The notes below the pieces were generated by a model. The model was not told the origin of the DNA and ran no database searches. It saw only the letters and a list, made by a program, of their open reading frames with translations. A stretch of DNA of 64,000 bases from positions 33,345 through 97,344 of the forward strand of contig PAWM01000006.1 of assembly GCA_002714185.1 (NCBI GenBank), given 5' to 3'. The DNA is from Flavobacteriales bacterium. Its GTDB lineage: Bacteria > Bacteroidota > Bacteroidia > Flavobacteriales > TMED113. The position numbers were made by a program, and so were the translations under genes. Within the stretch, counting starts at the first letter, position 1, and every line of letters starts with the position of its first letter. Shown here piece after piece: positions 11,383 through 22,517 of this stretch.

Positions 11383-12687
11383 ATGGGAAGTTTTAAAATT
11401 AATGGTGGAAAAGAATTATCAGGAACAGTACAACCTCAAGGTGCAAAAAATGAAGCATTACAAATAATTTGTGCTACTCTTTTGACTAAAGATAAAATTA
11501 CAATTCAGAACATCCCAATTATTAGTGATGTAATATGCTTAATTGAATTACTTAAAGGCCTAGGAGTTACTATTGAAAAAATAAAAAGAAACACATATAC
11601 TTTTGAAGCAAATAATATCGATTTAAATTACCTTCAAGATTCTAATTTTAGGAAAAATAGTCAAAAAATAAGAGGTTCAGTTATGATACTAGGTCCACTT
11701 ATTGCTAGATTTGGATTTGCTCGACTATATCCACCGGGAGGAGATAAAATTGGAAGAAGAAGATTAGATACTCATTTAATTGGATTAACACACTTAGGTG
11801 CAAAATTTAAATTAATCAATAACAAATACTATAAGGTGGAGGGAGCAAAATTAAAAGGAAAATATATTCTTCTTGATGAAGCTTCAGTGACAGGAACTGC
11901 AAATATTATTATGGCAGCAGTACTTGCATACGGTGAAACTATCATATATAATGCTGCTTGTGAACCATATATACAACAACTATGTAAAATGTTGAATTTA
12001 ATGGGAGCAAGTATTAAGGGTGTTGGATCTAATTTACTTACGATTAAAGGTGTTAGAAAATTAAAAGGCTGTAAACATAGAATCTTACCAGACATGGTAG
12101 AAATAGGAAGTTGGATTGGCCTAGCAGCTATGACTCAATCTAAAATCAGAATCAAAAATGTGTCTATAAAAAATCTTGGAACAACTTTGAATGTATTTAA
12201 AAAAATGGGTATTAATTTAAAAGTTGAGAAAGATGATATCATAGTAAAAAAACAAAAAAAATACAATATTGATACTTTTATTAACGGATCTATATTAACT
12301 ATTTCTGATGCTCCATGGCCTGGATTCACTCCAGACCTACTAAGTATTATTATAGTTACAGCTACTCAAGCCAATGGAAGTATTTTAGTTCACCAAAAAA
12401 TGTTTGAAAGTCGTTTATTTTTTGTTGATAAATTAATAGAAATGGGTGCTAAAATAATTCTTTGTGACCCCCATAGAGCAACTATTACCGGTATTAATCG
12501 TCAGTATTCCTTAAAAGCAACGACCATGACATCACCTGACATAAGAGCTGGTATTGCATTACTAATTGCAGCATTATCCGCTAAAGGCACAAGTGTCATT
12601 CATAATATTGAACAAATTGATCGAGGATATGAAAAAATTGATGAAAGACTAAAACAACTTGGAGCATCAATTGTAAGAACTGAATAA
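11383..12687 (+). CDS. murA: UDP-N-acetylglucosamine 1-carboxyvinyltransferase
   Basis: GAKNEAL, PGGDKIGRRRLDTH, SVTGTANI, PDIRAG, IDRGYE. Confidence 0.96.
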   Translation: MGSFKINGGKELSGTVQPQGAKNEALQIICATLLTKDKITIQNIPIISDVICLIELLKGLGVTIEKIKRNTYTFEANNIDLNYLQDSNFRKNSQKIRGSVMILGPLIARFGFARLYPPGGDKIGRRRLDTHLIGLTHLGAKFKLINNKYYKVEGAKLKGKYILLDEASVTGTANIIMAAVLAYGETIIYNAACEPYIQQLCKMLNLMGASIKGVGSNLLTIKGVRKLKGCKHRILPDMVEIGSWIGLAAMTQSKIRIKNVSIKNLGTTLNVFKKMGINLKVEKDDIIVKKQKKYNIDTFINGSILTISDAPWPGFTPDLLSIIIVTATQANGSILVHQKMFESRLFFVDKLIEMGAKIILCDPHRATITGINRQYSLKATTMTSPDIRAGIALLIAALSAKGTSVIHNIEQIDRGYEKIDERLKQLGASIVRTE

Positions 12688-12691
12688 TTAA

Positions 12692-12731
12692 TGTCATTAT
12701 GACAGCTAAAGTAGTTTGGCTTAAAAATTGA
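12692..12731 (+). promoter_or_regulatory. Palindrome TGTCAT-T-ATGACA followed by a sigma-54-like -24/-12 element
   Basis: Perfect 6-1-6 inverted repeat at 12692-12704; TTTGGCTTAAAAATTGA gives GG-N10-GA (consensus GG-N10-GC) upstream of grpE. Confidence 0.45.
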
Positions 12732-12767
12732 TATTAAACATTAAATAAATGCATACTTTAAATAACT

Positions 12768-13223
12768 ATGACAAAAAAAAATAAAAAAAAAGACGAATTA
12801 TTAAAAAAAGAAAGTGAAATAAAAGATTTAAAAGATAAATATCTAAGATTAATTGCTGAATTTGAAAATTATAAAAAGAGAACTATTAAAGAAAAAAATG
12901 ATTTTTCAAAATATGCAACTGAGAATATGATTAAGTCAATTTTACCAATTATAGATGACTTTGAAAGAGCTAATATTAATAAAGGCGATGTAAAAGGATA
13001 TCTTTTAATTGAACAAAAACTAATTGATATTCTATCTAAACATAATCTACGGAAAATAGATTCTGTAGTAAATCAAGTTTTTGATTTAGAAAAACATGAA
13101 GCAATTAGTAGTTTACCTGTAAAAGAAAAAAAGAAAAAAGGTAAAATAATTGAGGAAATAGAAGCAGGATATGTTTTGTCAGATAAAATAATTAGATATC
13201 CAAAAGTAATTATTGGAAAATGA
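12768..13223 (+). CDS. grpE: Nucleotide exchange factor GrpE (short N-terminus)
   Basis: [31 protein letters not shown]; ATGA overlap with dnaJ. Confidence 0.93.
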   Translation: MTKKNKKKDELLKKESEIKDLKDKYLRLIAEFENYKKRTIKEKNDFSKYATENMIKSILPIIDDFERANINKGDVKGYLLIEQKLIDILSKHNLRKIDSVVNQVFDLEKHEAISSLPVKEKKKKGKIIEEIEAGYVLSDKIIRYPKVIIGK

Positions 13224-14329
13224 GTAAAAGAGATTATTATGAAGTGCTTGGTATTTCTAAAAATGCAAATAATAAAGAAATAAAACAAGCCTATAGAAAA
13301 CTAGCAATTAAGTATCACCCTGATAGAAATCCAGGCAATAATGAAGCCGAAGAAAAATTCAAGGAAGCTGCAGAGGCATACGAAGTATTAAGTAATCCCG
13401 AAAAGAAATCTAGATACGACCAATTTGGACATCAAGGAATGAGTGGATCAAGAGGCTTTGGTGGAAATATGAATATGGAAGATATTTTTGATCAATTTGG
13501 AGATATCTTTGGTGGATTTGGCGGGGGATTTAGTGGGGGATTTGGCGGCTCATCCCGTAATCGCTCTATAAAAGGAAGTAATTTACGAATTCGAATCAAA
13601 CTTAATTTAAAAGAAATTAGTGAGGAAGTTACTAAAAAAATTAAAATTAAAAGATTATGTCCAGATGAAAATACACAATATGGTGTATGTAATGTATGTA
13701 ATGGAACTGGTGGAGTTACTAAAATAGCTAACACAATTCTCGGACAAATGCAAACCACTACCACCTGCTCAAATTGTAATGGTACAGGAAAAATTATAAT
13801 CAATAAATCACCTAATTCTGATTCACAAGGAATGATTCAAAAAGAAGAATTAACCGAAATCAGCATACCTGCTGGTGTATCTGAAGGGATGCAACTTAAA
13901 ATAAGAAATAAAGGTAATTATCCCCCATTTGATGGTTCACCAGGTGACCTATTAGTGTTAATTGAGGAAGAAAATCATACAGAGCTAATTAGAGAAGGTG
14001 TAAATATACATTATGATTTATACATTAGTATCCCTGAGGCAATTCTTGGTTGCAATGTCGAAATACCTACAATTAGTGGAAAAGCAAAAATCACAATCCC
14101 AAGTGGTGTTCAAAGCGGTAAAATTTTAAGACTAAAATCAAAAGGTATACCAAGTATTGAAGTTAATAAAAAAGGTGACTTACTAGTGCATATAAATATT
14201 TGGACACCTAATAATTTAACAAGTGAACAGCAAAGTTTTTTTAAAAAAAACCTTCAATCAAATGAATTTTTACCCAACCCAAAAAATGAAAAATCATTTT
14301 TTGAAAAAGTAAAAGAAATGTTTAATTAA
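13220..14329 (+). CDS. dnaJ: Chaperone DnaJ
   Basis: J domain with HPD, G/F-rich region, two CxxCxGxG motifs. Confidence 0.96.
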   Translation: MSKRDYYEVLGISKNANNKEIKQAYRKLAIKYHPDRNPGNNEAEEKFKEAAEAYEVLSNPEKKSRYDQFGHQGMSGSRGFGGNMNMEDIFDQFGDIFGGFGGGFSGGFGGSSRNRSIKGSNLRIRIKLNLKEISEEVTKKIKIKRLCPDENTQYGVCNVCNGTGGVTKIANTILGQMQTTTTCSNCNGTGKIIINKSPNSDSQGMIQKEELTEISIPAGVSEGMQLKIRNKGNYPPFDGSPGDLLVLIEEENHTELIREGVNIHYDLYISIPEAILGCNVEIPTISGKAKITIPSGVQSGKILRLKSKGIPSIEVNKKGDLLVHINIWTPNNLTSEQQSFFKKNLQSNEFLPNPKNEKSFFEKVKEMFN

Positions 14330-14331
14330 TT

Positions 14332-15492
14332 ATGGCCACTAAAATACTAATTATTGAGGATGAATCTGCAATTAGAAATGTGTTAAAGAACATTTTATTA
14401 GATGAAAATAAAAAGTTTATAATTGACGAAGCAGCAAATGGAGAATCTGGTTTAAAATGTTTAGCAAACACCATATATGATTTAGTAATTTGTGATATTA
14501 AAATGCCAAATATTGATGGTATTGAAGTTTTAGACCAAAGTATCCAAAATGGTATAGATACTCCATTTATTATGATTTCTGGACATGGTGATGTAGAAAC
14601 CGCTGTTGAATGCATAAAAAAGGGAGCATTTGATTACATTTCAAAACCTCCAGATTTAAATAGATTGCTTACGACTATACGAAACGGCTTAAATAATAAA
14701 AATTTAAAAACTGAAAATAAAATACTTAGAAAAAAAGTAAACAATAAATATAGGATTATAGGTGAATCTGATGAAATAAATCAAGTTCATAATATTATAA
14801 ATAAAATAGCAGGAACAGATGCAAGAGTATTAATTTCTGGGGAAAACGGCACTGGCAAAGAATTAGTTGCTCATGCAATTCATCAAACAAGTAATCGTAA
14901 TAAAATTCCCATGATTGAAGTGAATTGTGCTGCAATTCCTGCTGAACTCATAGAAAGTGAATTATTTGGACATGAAAAAGGATCCTTCACATCTGCTCAT
15001 AAACAAAAAAAAGGCAAATTTGAACTTGCTGACCAAGGAACATTATTTCTTGATGAAATTGGAGACATGAGTTTATCTGCACAAGCAAAGGTACTTAGAG
15101 CATTACAGGAAAATAAAATTACTCGTGTTGGAGGTGAAAAAGAAATTAATGTGAATGTAAGAATAATAGCTGCGACCAATAAAGACTTAAAAAAAGAAAT
15201 AAAAAATAACAATTTTATAGAAGATTTATTACATAGATTAAGTGTTATTCCTATTCATGTACCATCGCTAAGAGATCGAAAAAAGGACATAGCTCTTTTA
15301 GTAAATTATTTTCTAGAAATTATTTGCCACGAAAATGGTATTAGTTTAAAAAAAATTAATCAACAAGCAATAGAGTTATTAAAAAATTATAATTGGCCTG
15401 GTAATATTCGAGAGCTAAGAAACACTATTGAAAGATTAATTATATTATCGGGCGAAGAAATTACTGAAAAGGATGTTTCCTTATATAAATAG
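14332..15492 (+). CDS. Sigma-54-dependent response regulator (NtrC/NtrX family)
   Basis: Receiver domain (IIEDE, DIKMP), GENGTGKE, ELFGHEKGSFTSA, FLDEIGD, WPGNIRELRN; no obvious C-terminal HTH. Confidence 0.9.
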   Translation: MATKILIIEDESAIRNVLKNILLDENKKFIIDEAANGESGLKCLANTIYDLVICDIKMPNIDGIEVLDQSIQNGIDTPFIMISGHGDVETAVECIKKGAFDYISKPPDLNRLLTTIRNGLNNKNLKTENKILRKKVNNKYRIIGESDEINQVHNIINKIAGTDARVLISGENGTGKELVAHAIHQTSNRNKIPMIEVNCAAIPAELIESELFGHEKGSFTSAHKQKKGKFELADQGTLFLDEIGDMSLSAQAKVLRALQENKITRVGGEKEINVNVRIIAATNKDLKKEIKNNNFIEDLLHRLSVIPIHVPSLRDRKKDIALLVNYFLEIICHENGISLKKINQQAIELLKNYNWPGNIRELRNTIERLIILSGEEITEKDVSLYK

Positions 15493-15497
15493 TATTA

Positions 15498-17945
15498 TTA
15501 TTGCAATGTTCCATCCCTTAAAGATATATTATATTTTTTCACTAAATACTTATATATTTTTAATATCTCTTTATCTACCTCACTGTCTAATAGTGTTCTC
15601 GAATTATCTTGAAAGAAAAATGAAATTGCAAGAGATTTTTGATTTTTGTCTAATTTATCCCCTTGATACACATCAAAAAGTAAAACATTTTTTAAAATAT
15701 CACTACTAATATTAAATATAGCAGATTCAAGGTCAATATATGATGTGGAATGATTAACTAATATAGATAAATCTCTTTTTACAAAAGGAAACTTAGGAAC
15801 AGGACTATGCTTGACATTTTTTTTGTTTACAATTTTAAAAAATAAATCTAGATTTATATCAATAAAAAAAATTGGCTTTTTAATACCTAACTTGTTTAAA
15901 ACCGACTTTGAAAAAACACCTATTTCAAAAATACTTTTATTAATTATCTTATTATTATCTACAGATTTCTCGAAGTATAACAATCCTGAATCACTATAAT
16001 TTTTTTGTAAATCTTCGATTTTAAATTCGATATTTTTTGGTAAAAAATAATCAATTAACTTATTTAATACACCTTTCATAAGGTAAAAATTAGTAGGCTT
16101 TGATGTATCGGACCAATTATCACCTTTAAATATTCCACAAGAAAAAATTGTTAATTTTTCTTGCTCAAAATATTTACCATCAAGTGCATAATATATCTTG
16201 CCGAGTTCAAATAATTTCAAATTATTAATTTGTCGATTTAAATTATATTTTAAAGTTTGTAAACCTGAGTAAAACATATTAGTTCGCATAATAGATAAAT
16301 CCTGACTTAACGGATTAAGTAATTTTACTTCATCTAATTGAGAATCAATAGGAAATAGCTTAGATTGTTTTGTTAAAGAATTATTTTTTATCTCATAAAA
16401 TCCATCTGTACTTAATAATTTAGATAATTTATTTTTAATTGCAGTTTTTGACAATTTATCATCAATAATAGGACAAAAAGAAATTGCTTGAGCTGATGGT
16501 ATATTATCATAACCATAAATTCTTAAAATCTCTTCAATAACATCAATTTCTCTACATACATCTGCTCGAAAAGTTGGTATGGATAATTTACACTTTAACC
16601 CATCATTAGACAAAATTTTAAAATCTAAACTATTCAAAATAGCTTCAATAATTTCCTGAGATATAGTATATCCTAAAATTCTATTACAAGACTCAAAAGA
16701 AAAAGTAATTTCTTTTGATTTTAAATTACTGTCACTAAATATTGACTCTTGGCAAATATTTCCACCAGCAACTTCTAAAATCAATAATGCTGCCCTTTTC
16801 AAGGCATATTCACAATTTCCAAAATCTACACCTCTTTCAAATCTATATGAAGAGTCTGAACTAATAGCATGTTTTTTTGAACTTTTTCTTATAGATTCAG
16901 GAGAAAAATATGCACTTTCTAAAAAAATATTAGTAGTAGAAGTCGTAACTCCCGAGTTATGACCACCAATAACACCAGCTAAACATAAAACCTTATTAGT
17001 GTCAGCAATAACCAAATCAGAACTTTCTAATTTTATCAACTTAGAATCAAGTGTTTTGAATTCCTCCCCTTTATTTGCTTGACGGACAATTATGTTTTTA
17101 TTAGTTATCATATCATAATCAAATGCATGAAGTGGGTTGCCTGTTTCATGTAATACGAAATTTGTTACATCAACTACATTATTAACAGGCTTCAAACCTA
17201 TAGATAATAAATGATTTTTTAGCCATTTAGGTGAATCACTAATATGAACATTTTCAATACAAAGGCCTAGGTATTTTTGACATAGATCTTTGCTTTCTAT
17301 ATGTACATTCATATTTAATTTACCATTTACACAATATTCTTCTACAGAAGGGATTAGTAACTTGGTATTAAAATTTCTATGTTGAAAGTATGCATACAAA
17401 TCTTTACACACACCAATATGCGAGAAGGCATCAGTTCTATTAGGTGTTAATCCAATTTCAAAAATATAATCTTTCTTTATATTAAAAAATTCTGCAGCAT
17501 AAGACCCAACTTCAGGACTACCAATAATTTCAATGATACCATCATGACTATCTCCTAAACCAATCTCATCTTCTGCACATATCATACCTTCAGAAATTTC
17601 ACCTCTTATCTTAGATTTTTTAATTTTAAATATTTCCCCTGTTTTTGTTTTTAATTCATTTCCAGCTAGTACAACTACTACTAATTGATCTTTTTTCACA
17701 TTATTAGCACCACATACAATTTGCTTAGTTTCTGTACCAATATCAACTTGCGTTATTTTTAATCGATCTGCATTTGGATGCTCATAACAATCTATAATCT
17801 TACCAATTATTAGATGATCAAAAGCAGAATATAATTCATCTAAACCCTCAACCTCCAAACCAACAGAAGTCAAAGCATCACTTGTTAAATTTATATTGAC
17901 TGGAATATTTAAGTATTTATTTAACCAATTAAATGAAACTTTCAT
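15498..17945 (-). CDS. pheT: Phenylalanine-tRNA ligase beta subunit
   Basis: HPNADRL, IVCGA, LTPNR, SYRFERGVD, REIDVIEEILRIYGY, FP.V.RDLS. Confidence 0.96.
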   Translation of the reverse strand: MKVSFNWLNKYLNIPVNINLTSDALTSVGLEVEGLDELYSAFDHLIIGKIIDCYEHPNADRLKITQVDIGTETKQIVCGANNVKKDQLVVVVLAGNELKTKTGEIFKIKKSKIRGEISEGMICAEDEIGLGDSHDGIIEIIGSPEVGSYAAEFFNIKKDYIFEIGLTPNRTDAFSHIGVCKDLYAYFQHRNFNTKLLIPSVEEYCVNGKLNMNVHIESKDLCQKYLGLCIENVHISDSPKWLKNHLLSIGLKPVNNVVDVTNFVLHETGNPLHAFDYDMITNKNIIVRQANKGEEFKTLDSKLIKLESSDLVIADTNKVLCLAGVIGGHNSGVTTSTTNIFLESAYFSPESIRKSSKKHAISSDSSYRFERGVDFGNCEYALKRAALLILEVAGGNICQESIFSDSNLKSKEITFSFESCNRILGYTISQEIIEAILNSLDFKILSNDGLKCKLSIPTFRADVCREIDVIEEILRIYGYDNIPSAQAISFCPIIDDKLSKTAIKNKLSKLLSTDGFYEIKNNSLTKQSKLFPIDSQLDEVKLLNPLSQDLSIMRTNMFYSGLQTLKYNLNRQINNLKLFELGKIYYALDGKYFEQEKLTIFSCGIFKGDNWSDTSKPTNFYLMKGVLNKLIDYFLPKNIEFKIEDLQKNYSDSGLLYFEKSVDNNKIINKSIFEIGVFSKSVLNKLGIKKPIFFIDINLDLFFKIVNKKNVKHSPVPKFPFVKRDLSILVNHSTSYIDLESAIFNISSDILKNVLLFDVYQGDKLDKNQKSLAISFFFQDNSRTLLDSEVDKEILKIYKYLVKKYNISLRDGTLQ

Positions 17946-18022
17946 ATATTAAAATTATTAGTAAGTAAATGTAATAAATCTAAAAAAATACCTCCTTGAT
18001 TTACATAAAATAATACACTTTA

Positions 18023-20122
18023 TTATGAAACTATCCCCCATTTTAATTGTTTTTGATGATATTTAAGAAAAAAATTTCTAATTTTTAGATTCTTTATATT
18101 TTTTAAATATAAATCATCATTTAATAATTTATCGGCTTCATCTCTGGCAGAATATAATAAATCACGATCCTGCACTAGATTTGATATTTTTAAATTCAAT
18201 AAACCACTTTGACGTGTACCTAAAACATCTCCTGGACCCCTTAAATGTAAGTCTGTCTCTGCAATTTTAAATCCGTCTGAACTATTAACCATTGCACGTA
18301 ATCTGACTTTAGCATCACTGGATAATTTATTTGAAGTAACTAAAAAACAATAAGATTTATCTGAACCTCGACCTACACGTCCTCTAAGTTGATGTAATTG
18401 AGATAAGCCAAATTTTTCTGCATTTTGAATAACCATAATAGTAGCATTAGGAATATTCACCCCTACCTCAATAACAGTTGTTGCTACCAAAATTTGAGTA
18501 TCATTATTTAAAAATTTATCCATTTCTAATTGTTTTTGATCTTTTTTTAAACGACCATGCATCATAGATATTCTAATTCCTTTTTGTTCAAAAATTGATT
18601 TTAAGTTTTCATAACCCTGTAACAAGTTTTTATAATCAAGTACCTTGCTTGCTTCTATTAATGGATAAACTATATAAACCTGCTTATTATTTTTAAGCTC
18701 TCTATATAAAAAATTATAAACAACATTTATTTCCCTATCATATTTATGAATAGTTTCTACTTTTTTTCTATTTGGAGGCAATTCATCAATAACGGATAAA
18801 TCTAAATCACCATATGCAGTCATGGCCAAAGTTCTAGGAATAGGTGTTGCTGTCATAACTAAAACATGAGGTAATATATATTTATTTGTCCATAGTTTTG
18901 CTCTTTGAGATACACCAAACTTATGTTGTTCATCAATAATCACCAATCCTAAATTTTTAAATTTGATATTATCTTCAATCAATGCATGAGTACCAATAAT
19001 TAAATCAATTTCATTATTAATTAAATCAGAAATTATCTGATTTTTAATTTGTTTTTTTGTTTTACCAGTTAACAACACCACATTTAAACCAATATTCCTA
19101 GCAAAATTATTTATACTATCAAAATGTTGCTTAGCAAGAATTTCAGTAGGTGCCATCAAACAAGATTGAAATCCATTATCAAAAGATAATATTATGCTCA
19201 TAATCGCAATCACCGTTTTACCAGAGCCAACATCACCCTGTAACAATCGATTCATTTGAAAACCAGAAGTCATATCATTCTGAATTTCTTTCATTACTTT
19301 TTTTTGAGCATTAGTCAATTGAAAATCTAGATATTGTTTATAAAAAATATTAAAACTTGGCCCCACCTTATTAAAAATATGTGATTTCATTTTTATTTTT
19401 CTAATTCTTTTTTGTTTTAATAGCGAAATTTGTAGAAAAAAAAGCTCTTCAAACTTCATTCTATGAATTGCTTTATTTAATTTTTCTAAATTTTCTGGAA
19501 AATGAATTGTAGAAAATGCAAGCTTTCTTGAAGAAAATTTATATTTATTAATAATTGAATCAGATAAACTTTCTACTATAGAATTTAAAGTAGATTCAAG
19601 TACATTAATAATAATTTTAGAAATTCCTTTACTATTTAATCCACTTTTTGTTAATTTTTCTGTTGAATGATACAATGGATATAAAGGATATCTATTTTTT
19701 TTATTTCCATTTTCAACTATTTCAATTTCTGGATGAACAAAAGATATAGAACTACCGTATTTTTTAGGCCTACCAAAAAGCAAGTATTTATTACCAATTT
19801 GAATAAAATCATCAATCCACTTGATTCTTTTAAAGAATATTAATTGAACTACACCAGTTGAATCTACAAAATCAACAACTAAGCGATTTTTTCTACCTAC
19901 ACCTATTTTTTTTTTATTAGTAATATTTCCTATTAATTGAATATCAACATCAAAACTTTTAATAGTGTTGATTGTATGGATTTTACTTCGATCCACATAT
20001 CGGTAAGGAAAAAAATTTAATAAATCTGAAAATGTAAATATACGAAGTTCCTCATTCAATAATGATGCACGTTTAGGTCCTACACCTTTTAAAAATTCAA
20101 TTTTTGTATCTAAAATTGACAA
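18023..20122 (-). CDS. recG: ATP-dependent DNA helicase RecG
   Basis: RLLQGDVGSGKT, DEQH, MTATPIPRT, QLHQLRGRVGRG; TTG start. Confidence 0.96.
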   Translation of the reverse strand: MSILDTKIEFLKGVGPKRASLLNEELRIFTFSDLLNFFPYRYVDRSKIHTINTIKSFDVDIQLIGNITNKKKIGVGRKNRLVVDFVDSTGVVQLIFFKRIKWIDDFIQIGNKYLLFGRPKKYGSSISFVHPEIEIVENGNKKNRYPLYPLYHSTEKLTKSGLNSKGISKIIINVLESTLNSIVESLSDSIINKYKFSSRKLAFSTIHFPENLEKLNKAIHRMKFEELFFLQISLLKQKRIRKIKMKSHIFNKVGPSFNIFYKQYLDFQLTNAQKKVMKEIQNDMTSGFQMNRLLQGDVGSGKTVIAIMSIILSFDNGFQSCLMAPTEILAKQHFDSINNFARNIGLNVVLLTGKTKKQIKNQIISDLINNEIDLIIGTHALIEDNIKFKNLGLVIIDEQHKFGVSQRAKLWTNKYILPHVLVMTATPIPRTLAMTAYGDLDLSVIDELPPNRKKVETIHKYDREINVVYNFLYRELKNNKQVYIVYPLIEASKVLDYKNLLQGYENLKSIFEQKGIRISMMHGRLKKDQKQLEMDKFLNNDTQILVATTVIEVGVNIPNATIMVIQNAEKFGLSQLHQLRGRVGRGSDKSYCFLVTSNKLSSDAKVRLRAMVNSSDGFKIAETDLHLRGPGDVLGTRQSGLLNLKISNLVQDRDLLYSARDEADKLLNDDLYLKNIKNLKIRNFFLKYHQKQLKWGIVS

Positions 20123-20130
20123 AATAATAA

Positions 20131-22356
20131 TTATTCTTGTAATTTTTTTTCTATAGCTGTCATATATTCATCCTTTAAGACGGTTATAGATCAAAAATCA
20201 ACATCATCGATAATAATTTTACCACTTGTAACTTTACCTAAAAATGTGAATGAAATTTTATTTTTTAAAAATTTTTCAAATTTATTTTTATTATTAGCAG
20301 AAATAGTAACCACTACTCTGCTTTGTGATTCTCCAAATAAATATGCATCTTGTCGAAAATCATGATTAGTAAAAATATCAAATCCCAAATCATTAACAAT
20401 ACCACTCTCAACTAAATTAACAAATAAGCCTCCATCAGAAATATCATGAGCAGATTGAAGATATCCATCTTTAATTAAAGAAGTTAATACTTTATGTAAT
20501 TCTAACTCTTTTTCCATATTAAAATATGGTGCTGGACTTTCATCAATATGCAAATAATTAGCAAGATATTCTGAACAAGAAATATCATCATGACAATCAC
20601 CTAATAAATAAATCATATCATCCTCATTCTTAAAATCAAGTGTCATAATATTATTCTTGTCCTCAATAATACCAATCATACCAATTGTAGGTGTAGGAAA
20701 ACATGGCTCAGCTTTATCCTTTAATACAGTTTGATTATAAAAACTCACATTCCCGCCTGTTACTGGAGTATTTAAAGCTTCACATGCTAACTTCATTCCT
20801 AAAATAGAATTAACAAACTGCCAATACACTTCTGGATCATAGGGATTTCCAAAATTTAAGCAATTAGTAATTGCAAGTGGCTTTCCTCCGGAGCAAATGA
20901 TATTTCGAGCAGCTTCACTTACTGCAATTGCGCATCCAATTTTTGGATCTGATTTCACATACCTTGAATTACAATCAACAGTCATAGTTAAAGCTTTCTC
21001 CGTACCTTTAATATTGACGACAGCTGAATCTGAGGGGGAGTTTGTAGACATATTTACTGTACCCACCATTGAATCATATTGTTCAAATATCCATCTTTTA
21101 GATGCTATATTGGGTAATGTAATCAGCAACTTTGCTGTTGCAACAATGTCTTCAGGTGGTAAAACAGAGGATATATTAAATTGTTTATATCTAGCATAAT
21201 ACTCTGGTTCACGATAATCTCTGTCATAAACAGGAGCTCCCCCTCCAAGCACAAGTGATTCGGCAGGAATACTTGCTATGCATGTATTCTCAAAGTAAAA
21301 ATTTAATTGCTTATCATTTGTTACTTCGCCTATTTGTTCACAATTCAAGTCCCATTTATTAAATATATCTTTAGCAATAGACTCTTTACCTTTTTTAATT
21401 ACTAATAACATTCTTTCTTGAGATTCTGACAATAAAATTTCAAAAGGTGCCATTTTTTGTCTAACAGGGACTTTGTCCAGATTAATAATCATTCCACAAT
21501 TTCCAGCACTACTCATTTCAGAAGTAGAACATATAATACCAGCAGCTCCCATATCTTGCATACCAACAAGCACATCTGTTTTAGCAAGTTCCATAGTAGC
21601 TTCCAATAATAATTTTTCTTGAAATGGATCACCAACCTGAACTGACGGAATATCATTTACTGAATCTTCAGTTAAATCCTTTGAAGCAAAAGCTGCACCA
21701 TTTATTCCATCTTTTCCAGTAGAAGAACCTACAATAAAAACAGGGTTCCCTAATCCTGAAGCAGTTGCAGAAATCATAATTCCTTTTTTCATAATTCCAG
21801 CCGAAAAAGCATTAACTAATGGATTGGTATTATAACTTTTATCAAAAAAAGTTTCTCCTCCTACAGTAGGGATACCAAATGAATTTCCATAATCTCCAAT
21901 ACCTTTTACAACTCCTTTAAGAAGCCACTGAGTTTTATTTAAATTAATATCACCAAATCTCAATGAATTTAATTGTGCAATGGGTCTTGCTCCCATAGTA
22001 AAAATATCTCTATTTATACCACCGACACCAGTAGCAGCACCCTGATAAGGCTCTAATGCGGAAGGATGATTATGCGATTCAATTTTAAATGCACAAGCTA
22101 GACCATCACCAATATCAACTAATCCAGCATTTTCTTCGCCAGCTTCCACCAGCATATGAGGTGCTGATTTAGGTAATTTTTTTAACCATTTTATAGAGTT
22201 TTTGTAAGAACAATGCTCTGACCACATTACAGAAAATATACTTAATTCTGTATAATTTGGAATTCTATTTAGAATTTCACAAATCTTATCAAATTCCTCT
22301 GAAAGAAGACCCATATTTTTTGCATCTTCTTCGTTCATAATCTTTTGTGCTGACAT
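20131..22356 (-). CDS. purL: Phosphoribosylformylglycinamidine synthase subunit PurL, with in-frame TGA at 20191-20193
   Basis: MWSEHCSYK, ESHNHPS, DMGAAG, LLSESQER; frame continues DDVDF*SITVLKDEYMTAIEKKLQE to TAA at 20131, 8 nt before recG. Confidence 0.93.
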
Positions 22357-22517
22357 TTTAGTATATTTTTTATTGATTTTTAAAAATAAATATTAATAAT
22401 GGCTTAATCTTAATAAAAAGTAAAATATTTTTTAAACATTTTAAACACTTGTTAATAAACATTGATATTTACAATATTTTTATTAGATTGAAGTTATAAT
22501 AAATAACCCCCAAAAGA

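Noticed and set aside
11701-11770. MurA with Asp (PGGDKIG) instead of the fosfomycin-target Cys
   Set aside because: This is a common Bacteroidota variant and not specific to this window.
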